Assembly (NCBI GenBank): GCA_963728205.1
Contig: CAVSIV010000006.1
Span: 1,440,001-1,504,000 of the forward strand
Direction of reading: 5' to 3'
Length of the DNA: 64,000 nucleotides
From: an uncultured Chloroflexia bacterium
Lineage (GTDB): Bacteria; Chloroflexota; Dehalococcoidia; UBA2979
A program made the position numbers and the translations under genes. Positions 1 to 10,116 of this stretch are shown piece by piece; positions within the stretch are counted from its first letter, which is position 1; each line of letters opens with the position of its first letter. The notes beneath the pieces were generated by a model. The model saw nothing but the letters and a program-made list of their open reading frames with translations, was not told the origin of the DNA and did no database searches.

Positions 1-500
1 GTGACGCGCAGGACCGCGAGATCCGACGAGGGGTCGGCCGCGACCAGCACGGCGTCGAAGGCCTGCTTCGGCTCCGCGCCCGCGTCGATGTTCGTGCCGA
101 TCCCGATCGTTGTGTACGCCTGACTGCCGTCGGCGCGTGCCGGGTCGACGAGCGGGTAGCTCGTGAGGATGAGGCGCTGCGCCTGGTCGATCACCACGCC
201 CGTGCCGTTGCGCACGATGCGGGGCGGGTCCTGCGTGCGGTCGATCAACTCGATCTGCACCACCGCCTTCGCCAGATCGGCGTCGGGCACCGCCGTGCCC
301 GACGCGGCCGGCTGGCCGCCCACCTGCAGGGTCGGGCTGATGAGGATCGGGCCGGCTTCGGAGCTTGGCGTGGGCGTCGGCGTGGCAAGCGTCGGGGTGA
401 GCGTGCGTGAGTCGCCGGGGATCAGCTTCGCCGCGCGGCCGCAGCCGGCGGCGAAGATGGCGAGCAAGAGCAGCAGCGCGACGACCCGGTATGTGCGCAT
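1..500 (-). CDS. Lipoprotein with trypsin-like serine protease domain (runs off window start)
   Basis: Own translation from ATG at 500: MRTYRVVALLLLLAIFAAGC lipobox, Thr/Pro linker, then AVVQIE..NGTGVVID..LILTSYPLV..DLAVLRV typical of S1C proteases; the expected catalytic His position reads SYP. Confidence 0.65.
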   Translation of the reverse strand, partial: MRTYRVVALLLLLAIFAAGCGRAAKLIPGDSRTLTPTLATPTPTPSSEAGPILISPTLQVGGQPAASGTAVPDADLAKAVVQIELIDRTQDPPRIVRNGTGVVIDQAQRLILTSYPLVDPARADGSQAYTTIGIGTNIDAGAEPKQAFDAVLVAADPSSDLAVLRV

Positions 501-625
501 CGGCCTGCACCGTAGCGCCCGGTGCACCCAACAGCCACCGGCCGGCGCGCGGGCGACGGTTGTACACTCCGCCCCTGACACGACCCGGCCCGACGGCCGG
601 CATCACGCAGAGCGGGGGCAGATCG

Positions 626-1435
626 ATGGCCGACGAGCAGGAAGTCCTCTACAGCGTCGAAGACCGCATCGCGACGATCACGCTGAACCGGCCCGAGCGC
701 ATGAACTCGTTCGCGCCCGGCCTCCTCTCCGGGTGGGCGGACGCGATTGTCCGCGCCGCCGAGGACGACGAGGTACGCGTCGTGCTGGTGACCGGCGCGG
801 GCCGCGCCTTCTGCGCCGGTGCCGACCTCAAGGCCCGCGGCGACGCGAACTACGCGGTCGCGGCCGACCGCAACGCGGGCGAGCGGCGCAACTCGCTGCG
901 CCACAGCGTGCACCGCGTGCCGCAGGCGCTGCAGTACCTCGACAAGCCGTACATCGCCGCCGTCAACGGCGCGGCGGTGGGCGCGGGCATGGACATGGCT
1001 TCGATGGCCGACATCCGCATCGCGTCGGACCAGGCGCGGTTTGGCATGTCGTACGTGAACGTCGGCCTGATCCCGGGCGACGGCGGCGCGTGGCTGCTCC
1101 CGCGCATCGTCGGCACGGCGCGGGCGCTCGAGCTGATCTGGTCGGGCGAGATCTTCGACGCGCAGCGCGCGCTGGAGCTCGGCTACGTCCAGAAGGTCGT
1201 CCCGCACGACGAGTTGATGGAGGAGGCGTACGCCTACGCGCGGCGCCTCTCCGAGGGCCCGCCGATCGCGATGCAGCTCGCGAAGCGGCTCGTGTATCGC
1301 GGCATGGACCAGTCGTTCATGGAGGGTCTCGAGGCCGCGCAGGCCGCGATGGCGATGGTGCAGTCGACCGAGGACTCGAAGGAAGGCCCGCGCGCCTTCG
1401 GCGAGAAGCGCCGCCCGCAGTTCGCCGGCCGGTAG
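626..1435 (+). CDS. Enoyl-CoA hydratase/isomerase family protein
   Basis: ITLNRPERMN, FCAGADL, AAVNGAAVGAG crotonase motifs; ATG at 626. Confidence 0.93.
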   Translation: MADEQEVLYSVEDRIATITLNRPERMNSFAPGLLSGWADAIVRAAEDDEVRVVLVTGAGRAFCAGADLKARGDANYAVAADRNAGERRNSLRHSVHRVPQALQYLDKPYIAAVNGAAVGAGMDMASMADIRIASDQARFGMSYVNVGLIPGDGGAWLLPRIVGTARALELIWSGEIFDAQRALELGYVQKVVPHDELMEEAYAYARRLSEGPPIAMQLAKRLVYRGMDQSFMEGLEAAQAAMAMVQSTEDSKEGPRAFGEKRRPQFAGR

Positions 1436-1494
1436 CGGACTTCCCGCTCGGCACCGGCCATCCGCCGCCGGCGCGCACCGGGCGGCGTCGGCAC

Positions 1495-1567
1495 GCGGCG
1501 GCGGACACGCCGCCGCGTTCACCGTAGTCATGAGGACGCGACATGTCGGCGGCAATCTGCCGCCGCT
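1495..1567. repeat. REP-like family A inverted pair (consensus AGCGGCGGCAGACATGCCGCCGACA)
   Basis: Degenerate copies at 1495-1515 and reverse at 1543-1567. Confidence 0.7.
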
Positions 1568-1761
1568 TGCGTTGGACGACGTTCCCGGTGATGCATCGCC
1601 GTGCGACGATGGATCGCGACGCTCTCGGCCGCTGAGGCGGGCGTGAGCGGGGTGCACGGGGCGGTTAGCACCCAGATCACAGGTTTCGCGTCCCGCTTTG
1701 ACCAGTATTCGCGACGATTCGGTGAGCACAGATCGCTCCCGTGCGTCATGGAGGAACAGGC

Positions 1762-2919
1762 ATGCCCAGGAAATCCGGGATCCAGGCCCTGGTCCTGGCG
1801 GTCGTCATCGTCGTGTCCATGGTCGTCGGCGGCACCCTGACCCAGCGGCTGGGCCAGACCACGCCGACGTCGACGCCGCCGGCCGCTGCCGCCACCGCCG
1901 CCCCGACCCAGATCCCGATTGCTGCGAACGCGCCGGCGGAAACGCCCGGCAAGACCGCGGCCGCCGCGATCCCCAACCTGCCCGACACGATCGCGCGCGT
2001 CGCGCCGTCCGTCGTCGAGATTGAGACCACCGGGCCGCAGTCCGGCGTCGGCTCCGGCGTCGTGCTCGACACGCAGGGCCACATCATCACGAACTACCAC
2101 GTGATCGAGGGCGCCCAGAAGATCATCGTGCACCTGCAGGACGGCACCGCCGGCGTCGCGACCGTCAGCGGCACCGACCCCGGCAGCGACCTCGCGGTAA
2201 TCCAGGCGTCGATCCAGCCGCAGGAGCTCTCGCCGGCGACACTCGGCAACTCCGACTCCGTGCGCGTCGGCGACTCGGTCTTCGCCATCGGCAACCCGTT
2301 CGGTCAGAACTTCACGGTCACCGCCGGCATCGTCAGCGCCGTGCAGCGCTACACGACGTCCAGCTTCACGGGCCGGCCCATCGTCGGCGTGATCCAGACG
2401 GACGCCTCGCTCAACCCGGGGAACTCGGGCGGTCCGCTGTTCAACGCGGACGGCCAGGTGATCGGGCTCAACACCTCGATCGAGAACCCGAACGGCCGCT
2501 TCTCGGCCGGCATCGGCTTTGCGACGCCGTCGAACACGATGTCCCGCTTCCTCCCCGCGCTCGAGAAGGGCGACCAGATCCAGCACCCGATGCTCGGCAT
2601 CCAGGGTGAGGCGCTCGACGAGGTCAGCGCGGCGACGTTCCAGGTCAGCGCGACGCACGGCGTGTACGTGACCGGCGTCGAGCCGAACTCGGCCGCGTCG
2701 CAGGCCGGGGTCGTGCCGGGCACGCAGACGAACGCCGACCTCGGCGGCGACGTGATCACGGCCATCGACGGCAAGCCGATCCGCAGCTTCGAGGACCTCG
2801 CGATCGCCGTCGACGCCCACAACGTGGGCGACCAGGTGTCGATCACCGTCGAACGCGCATCGCAGTCGATGACGCTGAAGGGCACGCTCGGCCCCTGGAC
2901 GCAGAGCCAGAGCCAGTAG
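1762..2919 (+). CDS. htrA: HtrA/DegP-family serine protease with N-terminal membrane anchor and PDZ domain
   Basis: TNYHV, DLAVI, GNSGGPL catalytic motifs, C-terminal PDZ; GGAGG-like RBS before ATG 1762. Confidence 0.93.
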   Translation: MPRKSGIQALVLAVVIVVSMVVGGTLTQRLGQTTPTSTPPAAAATAAPTQIPIAANAPAETPGKTAAAAIPNLPDTIARVAPSVVEIETTGPQSGVGSGVVLDTQGHIITNYHVIEGAQKIIVHLQDGTAGVATVSGTDPGSDLAVIQASIQPQELSPATLGNSDSVRVGDSVFAIGNPFGQNFTVTAGIVSAVQRYTTSSFTGRPIVGVIQTDASLNPGNSGGPLFNADGQVIGLNTSIENPNGRFSAGIGFATPSNTMSRFLPALEKGDQIQHPMLGIQGEALDEVSAATFQVSATHGVYVTGVEPNSAASQAGVVPGTQTNADLGGDVITAIDGKPIRSFEDLAIAVDAHNVGDQVSITVERASQSMTLKGTLGPWTQSQSQ

Positions 2920-3041
2920 CGCCCGCGGCCTGTTGCGCTGGGCGCGCAGGCGTCGCGCCTGGCGGGGGCGGGCCCGTGGGTCCGCCCCTCTTGCTGCGCG
3001 CGTGGGTACGATGCCGCAGCGACACGGGAAGGGTGGCCCCG

Positions 3042-3515
3042 ATGGCGACGAACGTTCTGCTGTTTCTGCACATCCTCGGCGCGTTCATGATCGTGGGCGG
3101 CGCCGCGCTCGACACCGCGCTCTCCGTGCGCGGCGCGACCACCAACCGCACGCACACGCTCGCCACGCTCGCCGATCTGCAACTGCGCGCGTCGCGGATG
3201 GTGCTGCTCCCCGGTGCGATCGTCGCGGTCGTCTTCGGGACGTGGCTGGTGCCGGTGGCGGGCTACAGCTTCTCGGGGGCGTGGTTGAGCGCCGCGTACC
3301 TCGCCTGGATCGTGCTGATGGGGTTGCACGGGGTGCTCGGGAGGCACGTGCGGACCGTCCGCGCCGAGGCCGAGCGCCTGATCACGCAGGGCGTCGCCGA
3401 GAGCGAGGAGCTGCGCGCGCTGTTCGCGACGCCGCGCGCGCGGATGTACCGGTGGATCGTCAACGCGCTGATCGTGGTGTTCCTGTACCTGATGGTGTTC
3501 CGGCCGGGCGCGTAA
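3042..3515 (+). CDS. Four-helix integral membrane protein (DUF2269-like)
   Basis: LFLHILGA start, hydrophobic segments, LMVFRP end. Confidence 0.75.
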   Translation: MATNVLLFLHILGAFMIVGGAALDTALSVRGATTNRTHTLATLADLQLRASRMVLLPGAIVAVVFGTWLVPVAGYSFSGAWLSAAYLAWIVLMGLHGVLGRHVRTVRAEAERLITQGVAESEELRALFATPRARMYRWIVNALIVVFLYLMVFRPGA

Positions 3516-3537
3516 GCGGCGGCAGACACGCCGCCAC
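3515..3537. repeat. REP-like family A copy
   Basis: agcggcggcagacacgccgcc between convergent genes. Confidence 0.65.
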
Positions 3538-3587
3538 GCGCGCGCGTTCCCGTCGCGCCTCGCGGGCCGCTCGTCCGCGCGACCGCC

Positions 3588-4205
3588 TCAGCCGGCTGAC
3601 GCCGTGCCGTTCGCCGGGGCGGGGAGCTCCAGCGCGCGACCGGCCACCAGCAGCCACGCGCGCGCGGCACGCGCGGAGACCTCCTGGTTCACGCGCCCCA
3701 GCAGGTCGCGATAGACGCGGCCCAGCGCGGTCGGCGGGACCACGCCGCCTCCCACCTCGTTCGTCACGATCACCGTCGGGCCGGCGCGCGCGGCGGCCAC
3801 GTCGAGCAGCGCGCCGAGCGCCTGGCGCAGGCCGACCTCCACGCGCTCCGCCTCGTCCGGCGTCGGGTCCTCGCCGGCGGCGGCGAGCAGCCGGTTCGAC
3901 GTCCACACCGACAGGCAGTCGATGACGACGCACGCGGCGGGGTCCGCGGCGCGCAGCGGCTCGATCAGCTCGTGCGGCGCCTCGACCGTCCGCCATGCCG
4001 GCGACCGGCGCGCGCGGTGCAGCGCGATGCGCGCGCGCATCTCCTCGTCGAGCGCCTCGAGCGTGGCGAAGTAGACGACATCGCGCCCGCTCGCGTCGGC
4101 GAGCGCCTCCGCGAACGTGCTCTTCCCGCTCCGCGCGCCGCCCGTGACGAGGTAGAGCGCTCCCGCCGACAGGCGGGTCGGGACGACCGGGCGGTTGGCG
4201 GTCAT
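3588..4205 (-). CDS. cobU: Adenosylcobinamide kinase / cobinamide-phosphate guanylyltransferase
   Basis: GGARSGKS P-loop, RIALHRARR, IDCLS, TNEVGGG, RDLLGRVNQ motifs. Confidence 0.95.
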   Translation of the reverse strand: MTANRPVVPTRLSAGALYLVTGGARSGKSTFAEALADASGRDVVYFATLEALDEEMRARIALHRARRSPAWRTVEAPHELIEPLRAADPAACVVIDCLSVWTSNRLLAAAGEDPTPDEAERVEVGLRQALGALLDVAAARAGPTVIVTNEVGGGVVPPTALGRVYRDLLGRVNQEVSARAARAWLLVAGRALELPAPANGTASAG

Positions 4206-4290
4206 GGCCGCGACCGTCCGGCCCACGGCGGCGGCAGCCACACCGTCGACAGGTGCGCGCCGCCCGGCGCGCGGAGCGTCGTCCGCAATC

Positions 4291-4319
4291 TGTCGGCGGC
4301 ATGTCTGCCGCCGCTGTGG
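4291..4319. repeat. REP-like family A copy
   Basis: tgtcggcggcatgtctgccgccgctgtgg between cobS and cobU. Confidence 0.8.
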
Positions 4320-4335
4320 ATCCGCGGACCCCGGT

Positions 4336-5115
4336 TCACGAAAGGAACGTCGGGCCGATCCACCCGCGCGCGGCGGCGGCGATCAGCGCGTACCACACCA
4401 CGACCTGCGAGATCTCGATCGCCGCGCCGAAGACGTCGCCTGTGACGCCGTCGAGCATGCGGTCCGCCGCCGCCGCCACGGTGACGGCGGCGGCCCCGGC
4501 GATCGCGAGCACGACGAGCCCGGCGGCGCCGAACAGCGCGACCGCCGCCACGAGCGCGATGACCGTCGCCAGCGGCCCGGCCACCGGCCAGATCGCCTCG
4601 TGCATGAGGTGCCCGAGCCCGCGCGGCCGCGCGGGGCGGAACAGCAGCGCGACCGGCGCGACCGTCCAGCGCGCCAGCACCGGCGCAAGCACCAGGCCGC
4701 CCGACCGCACGGGCGCGGGCAGCGAGGCGAGCGCCGCCCACGTCGCGAGCAGCACGATCACCAGGGCCATCACGCCCGCCGGTCCCGTGTTCCCTTCGCT
4801 CATGATCCCGAGACGCTCGGCGCGCTCGCCCTGGTACGCCATCCCGTCGGCCGTGTCGGCGACGCCGTCGAGGTGGAGGCCCGCCGACAGCAGCGCGAGC
4901 AGCGCCACCTCGATCGCCGCGACCGGCGAGGCCGGCAGCAGGCGCGACAGCCCGCGGTCGGCAAGGAGCAGGATCACGCCGATCAGCAGGCCGACGAGCG
5001 GGTACCAGCCGAGCGCCTCCGCGAACGCGGCGTTGGTGTGCTGCTGCACGCGTCGAAACCGGAGCGGCGTGAGGAATTCGAGCGCAATCAATGATCCAGA
5101 GACATAACGTTGCAT
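4336..5115 (-). CDS. cobS: Cobalamin synthase (adenosylcobinamide-GDP ribazoletransferase)
   Basis: FLTPL, GLHLDGVADTADG, GVTGDVFGA motifs; polytopic membrane protein. Confidence 0.95.
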   Translation of the reverse strand: MQRYVSGSLIALEFLTPLRFRRVQQHTNAAFAEALGWYPLVGLLIGVILLLADRGLSRLLPASPVAAIEVALLALLSAGLHLDGVADTADGMAYQGERAERLGIMSEGNTGPAGVMALVIVLLATWAALASLPAPVRSGGLVLAPVLARWTVAPVALLFRPARPRGLGHLMHEAIWPVAGPLATVIALVAAVALFGAAGLVVLAIAGAAAVTVAAAADRMLDGVTGDVFGAAIEISQVVVWYALIAAAARGWIGPTFLS

Positions 5116-5126
5116 CGCGCCTGCGC

Positions 5127-6224
5127 CTAGCTTTCCGGGGCGATCGCGTCGTCGGACGTCGAGACGCCGGCCTCGGCGAAGGTTGCCATCTCGTCGAGGA
5201 CGCGGCAGGCGGCGACGCAGAGCGTCATCCCGAGCGCCGCGCCGCTGCCCTCGCCCAGCCGCAGGCCGAGATCGAACAGCGGCTCCAGCCGCAGGTGCTC
5301 GAGCAGGGCGCCGTGTCCCGGTTCGGCAGAGCGGTGCGACGCGACGAATGCGTACGCCGCCGCCGGCGCCACCGCCGCCGCGACGAGCGCGGCCGCGCCG
5401 GAGATCAGCCCGTCAACGACGGCCGGCACGCGCGCGGCGGCGGCCCCGAGGTACACGCCGGCGAGCACGCCGATCTCGAACCCGCCGAGGCCGGCGAGCA
5501 GGTCGATGCCGTCGTCGGCGTCGGGACGGTTCACCGCGAGCGCCTCCGCCACCGCCGCCACCTTGCGCTCGAAGGTCGCGTCGTCGACGCCCGTGCCGCG
5601 CCCGGTGACTGCGCGCGGCGGCCGGCCGGTGACGGCCGCGACGATCGCCGCGGCCGGCGTCGTGTTGCCGATGCCCATCTCGCCGCACGCGACGATGTCG
5701 GCGCCATCGCCCGCGTGCTCGGCGGCGAAGAGCCGGATGCCCTCGGCGACGGCGCGCTCGGCGAGCGCGCGCGACATCGCGGGGCCGGCGGTGATGTCGT
5801 CCGTGCCGGGGCCCAGGCGCAGCCGCACGAGCCGCGGGTCGCGCGGCGTCTCCGCCGCGACCCCGGCGTCGACGACCACCACGCGCGCGTCGGCGTGCGA
5901 CGCGAGCACGTTGATCGCCGCGCCGCCGGCGAGGAAGTTCGCGACCATCTGCGCCGTGACGTCGGCCGGGTAGGCGGACACCCCGCGGCGGGCGACGCCG
6001 TGGTCGCCGGCCGCCACCACGATCAGCCGCCGCTCGAGCCTGGGGCGGTCGGCGCCCGTGATTCCCGCGAGGCGCACGCTCAGCGCCTCGAGCCCGCCGA
6101 GCGCCCCGGGCGGCTTCGTCAGCTGGCCCTGCCGGGCCAGGGCCGCGGCCGCGGCGCGCTCGTCCGGTCCCGGGATGGCGGCGACGGTCTCGGCGATCAG
6201 CGCGGCGTCGGTGGACTGGGTCAT
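5127..6224 (-). CDS. cobT: Nicotinate-nucleotide-dimethylbenzimidazole phosphoribosyltransferase
   Basis: LTKPPGALG, GDHGV, GEMGIGNTT, LRLGEGSGA. Confidence 0.96.
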   Translation of the reverse strand: MTQSTDAALIAETVAAIPGPDERAAAAALARQGQLTKPPGALGGLEALSVRLAGITGADRPRLERRLIVVAAGDHGVARRGVSAYPADVTAQMVANFLAGGAAINVLASHADARVVVVDAGVAAETPRDPRLVRLRLGPGTDDITAGPAMSRALAERAVAEGIRLFAAEHAGDGADIVACGEMGIGNTTPAAAIVAAVTGRPPRAVTGRGTGVDDATFERKVAAVAEALAVNRPDADDGIDLLAGLGGFEIGVLAGVYLGAAAARVPAVVDGLISGAAALVAAAVAPAAAYAFVASHRSAEPGHGALLEHLRLEPLFDLGLRLGEGSGAALGMTLCVAACRVLDEMATFAEAGVSTSDDAIAPES

Positions 6225-6241
6225 GGGTGTCTCCGCGGCCC

Positions 6242-6826
6242 CTAATAGTCGATCCCCGGCTGCGCCTTGATGCCCTGCTGGTAGGGGTGCTTGATCTCCG
6301 TCATCTCCGTCACGAGATCCGCGAACGCCACCAGCTCCGGCGCCGCGTCGCGCCCGGTCATGATGACGTCGACGTTCGCCGGGCGCGCGCGCAGCGTGTC
6401 GATCACCTCATCGACCTCGAGCCACCCGTAGGTCACCGGGTACGTGATCTCGTCGAGCACCACCAGGTCGTAGAGACCCGACTCGATCTTCTCGCGCGCC
6501 AGGGCCCAGCACTCGTGAGCCAGCGCGATGTCCTTCTCGATGTCCTTCGAGAGCCAGGTGAAGCCGTCACCGAGCGGGATCATCTCGATGCCCATGCGCT
6601 CGGCGGCGCGCGTCTCGCCGTAGTGCGACGTCTTCGACTTGATGAACTGCAGCCAGACGATCTTCCAGCCGCGGCCCCAGGCGCGCATCGTCACGCCGAG
6701 CGCCGACGTCGTCTTGCCCTTGCCGTTGCCGGTGTAGAGGACGACCAGCGGGTGCTTCTTCGGGAACAGGCCCTCCCACCGGCCGGTCCACTGCTCGACG
6801 GCGTCGCCGGCGGGCTCGTCGGTCAC
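6242..6826 (-). CDS. cobO: Cob(I)yrinic acid a,c-diamide adenosyltransferase (CobO/BtuR)
   Basis: YTGNGKGKTTSALG, QFIK, LDEI, TGR, KHPYQQG; GTG start overlaps btuD stop. Confidence 0.95.
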   Translation of the reverse strand: MTDEPAGDAVEQWTGRWEGLFPKKHPLVVLYTGNGKGKTTSALGVTMRAWGRGWKIVWLQFIKSKTSHYGETRAAERMGIEMIPLGDGFTWLSKDIEKDIALAHECWALAREKIESGLYDLVVLDEITYPVTYGWLEVDEVIDTLRARPANVDVIMTGRDAAPELVAFADLVTEMTEIKHPYQQGIKAQPGIDY

Positions 6827-7650
6827 GGGGTCTGCTCCAATCGCGCGGGGACGACCAGCGGGCGGCCGGTCGCCGGGTGGGCGATGACCGACACGTGCGC
6901 GCCGTAGACGCGCCGGATCACGGCGTCGGTCAGCACGAGCGAGGGTACTCCGGCGGCGACGACACGGCCGCCGTCGAGCAGGACGATCCGGTCGCAGTAG
7001 GTCGCGGCGAGCGTGAGGTCGTGCACGACGACGAGCACGCCGACGCCGGCCGCCGCCAGCCCGCGCACGACCTCGAAGATCTCGCCCTGGCCCCCGGCGT
7101 CGAGGTTCGCCGTCGGCTCGTCGAGCAGCAGCAGCCGCGGCTCCTGCGCGAGCCCGCGCGCGATGAACGCGCGACGGCGCTGGCCGCCGGAGAGCGTGCC
7201 GAGCTCGCGGTCGGCGAACTCCGCGCAGCCGGCGCGGCGCATCGCGCCGGCGACGACCTCGCGGTCGCGGCGCGACTCGCGGCCGAGCAGCCGCAGGTGC
7301 GGGTGGCGGCCGAGCGCGACGAGCTCGTCGACGCGCATCGTCGGCGGCGCGTCGGGCAGCTGCTGCACGACGGCGACCTCGCGCGCGAGGTCGCGCCGTC
7401 CGAGCGCGTCGAGCGCGCGGCCGGCGACGCGGACGTCGCCGCCGGCGCGCGGCGTCGTGCGCGTGACGGCGCGCAGCAGCGTGCTCTTGCCGGCACCGTT
7501 CGGGCCGACGAGCGCCACCACCTCGCCGGCGCCGACCTCGAGGTCGACGCCGCGGAGAACGTCGCGCCCGTCGAGCGCGACGCGCAGGTCGCGCACGGCG
7601 AGCAGCGACGCGGAGGCGTTGGCCGGCACCGCCGGGGGCGCGCCGGTCAC
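6823..7650 (-). CDS. btuD: Corrinoid ABC transporter ATP-binding protein (BtuD/FepC-like)
   Basis: GPNGAGKS, LSGGQ, LLLDEPT, HDL; operon context. Confidence 0.9.
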   Translation of the reverse strand: MTGAPPAVPANASASLLAVRDLRVALDGRDVLRGVDLEVGAGEVVALVGPNGAGKSTLLRAVTRTTPRAGGDVRVAGRALDALGRRDLAREVAVVQQLPDAPPTMRVDELVALGRHPHLRLLGRESRRDREVVAGAMRRAGCAEFADRELGTLSGGQRRRAFIARGLAQEPRLLLLDEPTANLDAGGQGEIFEVVRGLAAAGVGVLVVVHDLTLAATYCDRIVLLDGGRVVAAGVPSLVLTDAVIRRVYGAHVSVIAHPATGRPLVVPARLEQTP

Positions 7651-7795
7651 GGCGCACCGCCGGCGCACCGCGGGCGGCACGCCCGCGGCTCCCGCATCAA
7701 CCCGTGGCCATGTGCACGCGCACGCGTCCCCGCGGCGAACGCCGGGCATACCACCCGCCGTTCGTGCCGCACCCCCCGGCGCGTGCGCCCCGCCA

Positions 7796-8887
7796 TCACA
7801 GCCGGTCCGCCCGGTGCGTGCGCAGCAGGTAGAGGAAGAACGGCCCCCCCGCGAGCGACGTCACGATGCCCACCGGGATCTCCTGCGGCGCGATCGCGGT
7901 GCGCGCCAGCACGTCCGCCGCGATCAGGAACGACGCCCCGAGCAGCGCGCTCAGCGGCAGCAGCCGCCGGTGGTCGCCGCCGGTGAGCATGCGCGTCACA
8001 TGCGGCACGATCAGCCCGACGAACCCGATCACGCCCGCGATCGCCACCGCCGTCGCCGCCACGAGCGATGCCCCGCCGAGCACGATCAGCTTCGTCCGCG
8101 TCACGTCGACGCCGAGCTGCGCCGCCTGCTCCTCGTCGAGCTGCAGCACGTTCAGCACGCGTGCGTAGACCGCGACGATGCCGACGCCGATCAGCAGGTA
8201 CGGCAGCGCGAACGCAATGCGGGCCCAGGAGATGATGTTGAAGCCGCCGAAGAGGAACGCCAGGATCGGCCGCGTCGCCTCGCCCCCGCTCAGCAGCAGG
8301 AACGACGTGATCGACGAGAACACCGCGGACAGCGCGACCCCCGCGAGGATGAGCGTCGCGTTGTTCACCGTGCTTCCGCTGCGTGCGAAGAGGTAGACCA
8401 GCACGACCGTCGCGCCGGCGCCGACGAACGCGAACGCCGGCACCCAGCCAATGCCGTAGCTGCTCGAGTCGAGCGGGCTGACGATCGCGATGGACGCACC
8501 CAGCGCCGCGCCGGACGCCACGCCCAGCAGGAACGGGTCGGCGAGCGGGTTGCGGAACACGCCCTGGTACGCGCCGCCGGAGAAGCCGAGCGCGCCGCCC
8601 ACGATCCCGGCGGCGACGACGCGCGGCAGGCGGATGTCGAACACGATGCGCTGCCACGCGACGGGGGCGTCGACGTGGACGCCGAGCAGCGGTAGGCGCG
8701 AGGCGAGCAGCCCGGCGACGGTGCGCGGCGGGATGCCGGCGGCGCCCTGCGTCACCGCGAGCGCGGCGACGACGAGCAGCAGCACGACGCCGAGCGCGAG
8801 CGGCGTCGCCCGCGCGATCGCCCCGCCCCGCGGCGCCGTGCCCGCCGCCGGCGTCGCGACCGCCGCCCGCAGCCGCCGGGCGCTCAC
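7796..8887 (-). CDS. btuC: Corrinoid ABC transporter permease (FecCD/BtuC family)
   Basis: IRLPRV, RNPLADP, GVIGFVGLIVPH, EIPVG; GTG overlaps btuF stop. Confidence 0.92.
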   Translation of the reverse strand: MSARRLRAAVATPAAGTAPRGGAIARATPLALGVVLLLVVAALAVTQGAAGIPPRTVAGLLASRLPLLGVHVDAPVAWQRIVFDIRLPRVVAAGIVGGALGFSGGAYQGVFRNPLADPFLLGVASGAALGASIAIVSPLDSSSYGIGWVPAFAFVGAGATVVLVYLFARSGSTVNNATLILAGVALSAVFSSITSFLLLSGGEATRPILAFLFGGFNIISWARIAFALPYLLIGVGIVAVYARVLNVLQLDEEQAAQLGVDVTRTKLIVLGGASLVAATAVAIAGVIGFVGLIVPHVTRMLTGGDHRRLLPLSALLGASFLIAADVLARTAIAPQEIPVGIVTSLAGGPFFLYLLRTHRADRL

Positions 8888-9970
8888 CGCGCCGCGCCCG
8901 CGGCCCCGGTTGCCGCGGCGGTCGCGGACGCCGTCGGACTGCCGTACACGTTTCCGCCCGGCATCGCGTGCGCGAAGCGATCGGGGTAGAGGTCGTGCGC
9001 CAGCAGCTCGATCGCGTCGGCGATGCGCGCCCCCGGCCGGTTCGTCAGATCGCTGTTCACGCCGATCACCCGGTGCTGCTTCACCGCCGACACCGACGAC
9101 CAGCCCGGCCGCGCCGCGACCGTCTGCTCGCTCTCCCCGAACGCGGCGTCGGCGAGCAGCACCACGTCCGGGTCGGCCGCGATCACCGCCTCCGCCGTCA
9201 GCTGCGGGAAGGCGGACGTCGCACCCGCCGCGACGTTCCGCGCCTTGAGCAGCGCGAGCATGCTGCCCACGAACGAGTTCGGAGCGGCCGTATACAGCGT
9301 GTTGTCGAGCTCGAAGAACACCTTCGGACCCTGCTGCACGTCGGCGAGGCGCTGCACGACGGCGTCGATGCGCGCCTTCGACTGCGTGACCAGCGCCTGC
9401 GCGCCGTCGTCGTGACCGGTCGCTGCGCCAATCGCCGTCATCTGCGCGTAGACGCCATCGAGCGAGTCGGGGATGTCGAGCAGCAGCGTCGGGATGTGCA
9501 GGTCGCGGAACTGCTTCGCCTGCTCGGGCATCGACGTCACGATCAGATCGGGCGACAGCGCGAGCGCCTTCTCGGGGTCGGTGCTGTCGAGATAGGTGTC
9601 GAGCTGCGGCAGCTTCGCGGCATCGGCCGGGTAGTTCGAGTAGCGGTCGACGGCGACGACCTGCGGGCCGGCGCCGACGGCGAAGAGGATCTCGGTGGCG
9701 CCCGGCGAGAACGAGAATCACGCGCTCGGGCCGCCGGTCGAGCGTGGCGGACGTGCCCTCGGAGCCCTGCACGGTCCGCGGGAAGGCGGCGGGGGCCGTC
9801 GGGGTCGCCGCGGCGGCGCCCGCCGCCGCGGTCGGGGTCGCGCTCGCCGCGGCGGTTGGCGTCGTGGCGGCGCTCCTGCCGCCGCACGCCACGAGCAGGG
9901 TCGCGGCGACGCTCACGAGGAGCAGGCTCACCGACCCGCGGGATCGCAAGCGGAACCGGTCTCGGATCAC
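8884..9970 (-). CDS. btuF: Corrinoid ABC transporter substrate-binding lipoprotein, frameshifted near 9717
   Basis: Lipobox LLVAC, FPRTV; removing one base near 9717 restores VISFSPGATEILFAVG...LSPDLIV continuing into the 8884-9540 ORF (RPGARI). Confidence 0.88.
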
Positions 9971-10010
9971 TGGTGCCTCCTGCACTCGGGAGGTCCTTCG
10001 CGCGGGCGCG

Positions 10011-10036
10011 AAAAACCCCCTCTGGTGCGAGGGGGC
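10011..10036 (-). terminator. Intrinsic terminator, expression platform of the cobalamin riboswitch
   Basis: Minus strand GCCCCCUCGCACCAGAGGGGG-UUUUU hairpin between aptamer and btuF start. Confidence 0.8.
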
Positions 10037-10116
10037 AGGCGTGTGAAGGCGTCAGTGCGTCCGTGGGGCCACGGGCGGCGCTGCTGCCGTCGCCTGTCCT
10101 CGCAGGATCGACAACG

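Noticed and set aside
7796-9985. Apparent 729-aa BtuF-BtuC fusion
   Set aside because: Produced by the frameshift near 9717; BtuF ends at 8884 and BtuC starts at 8887
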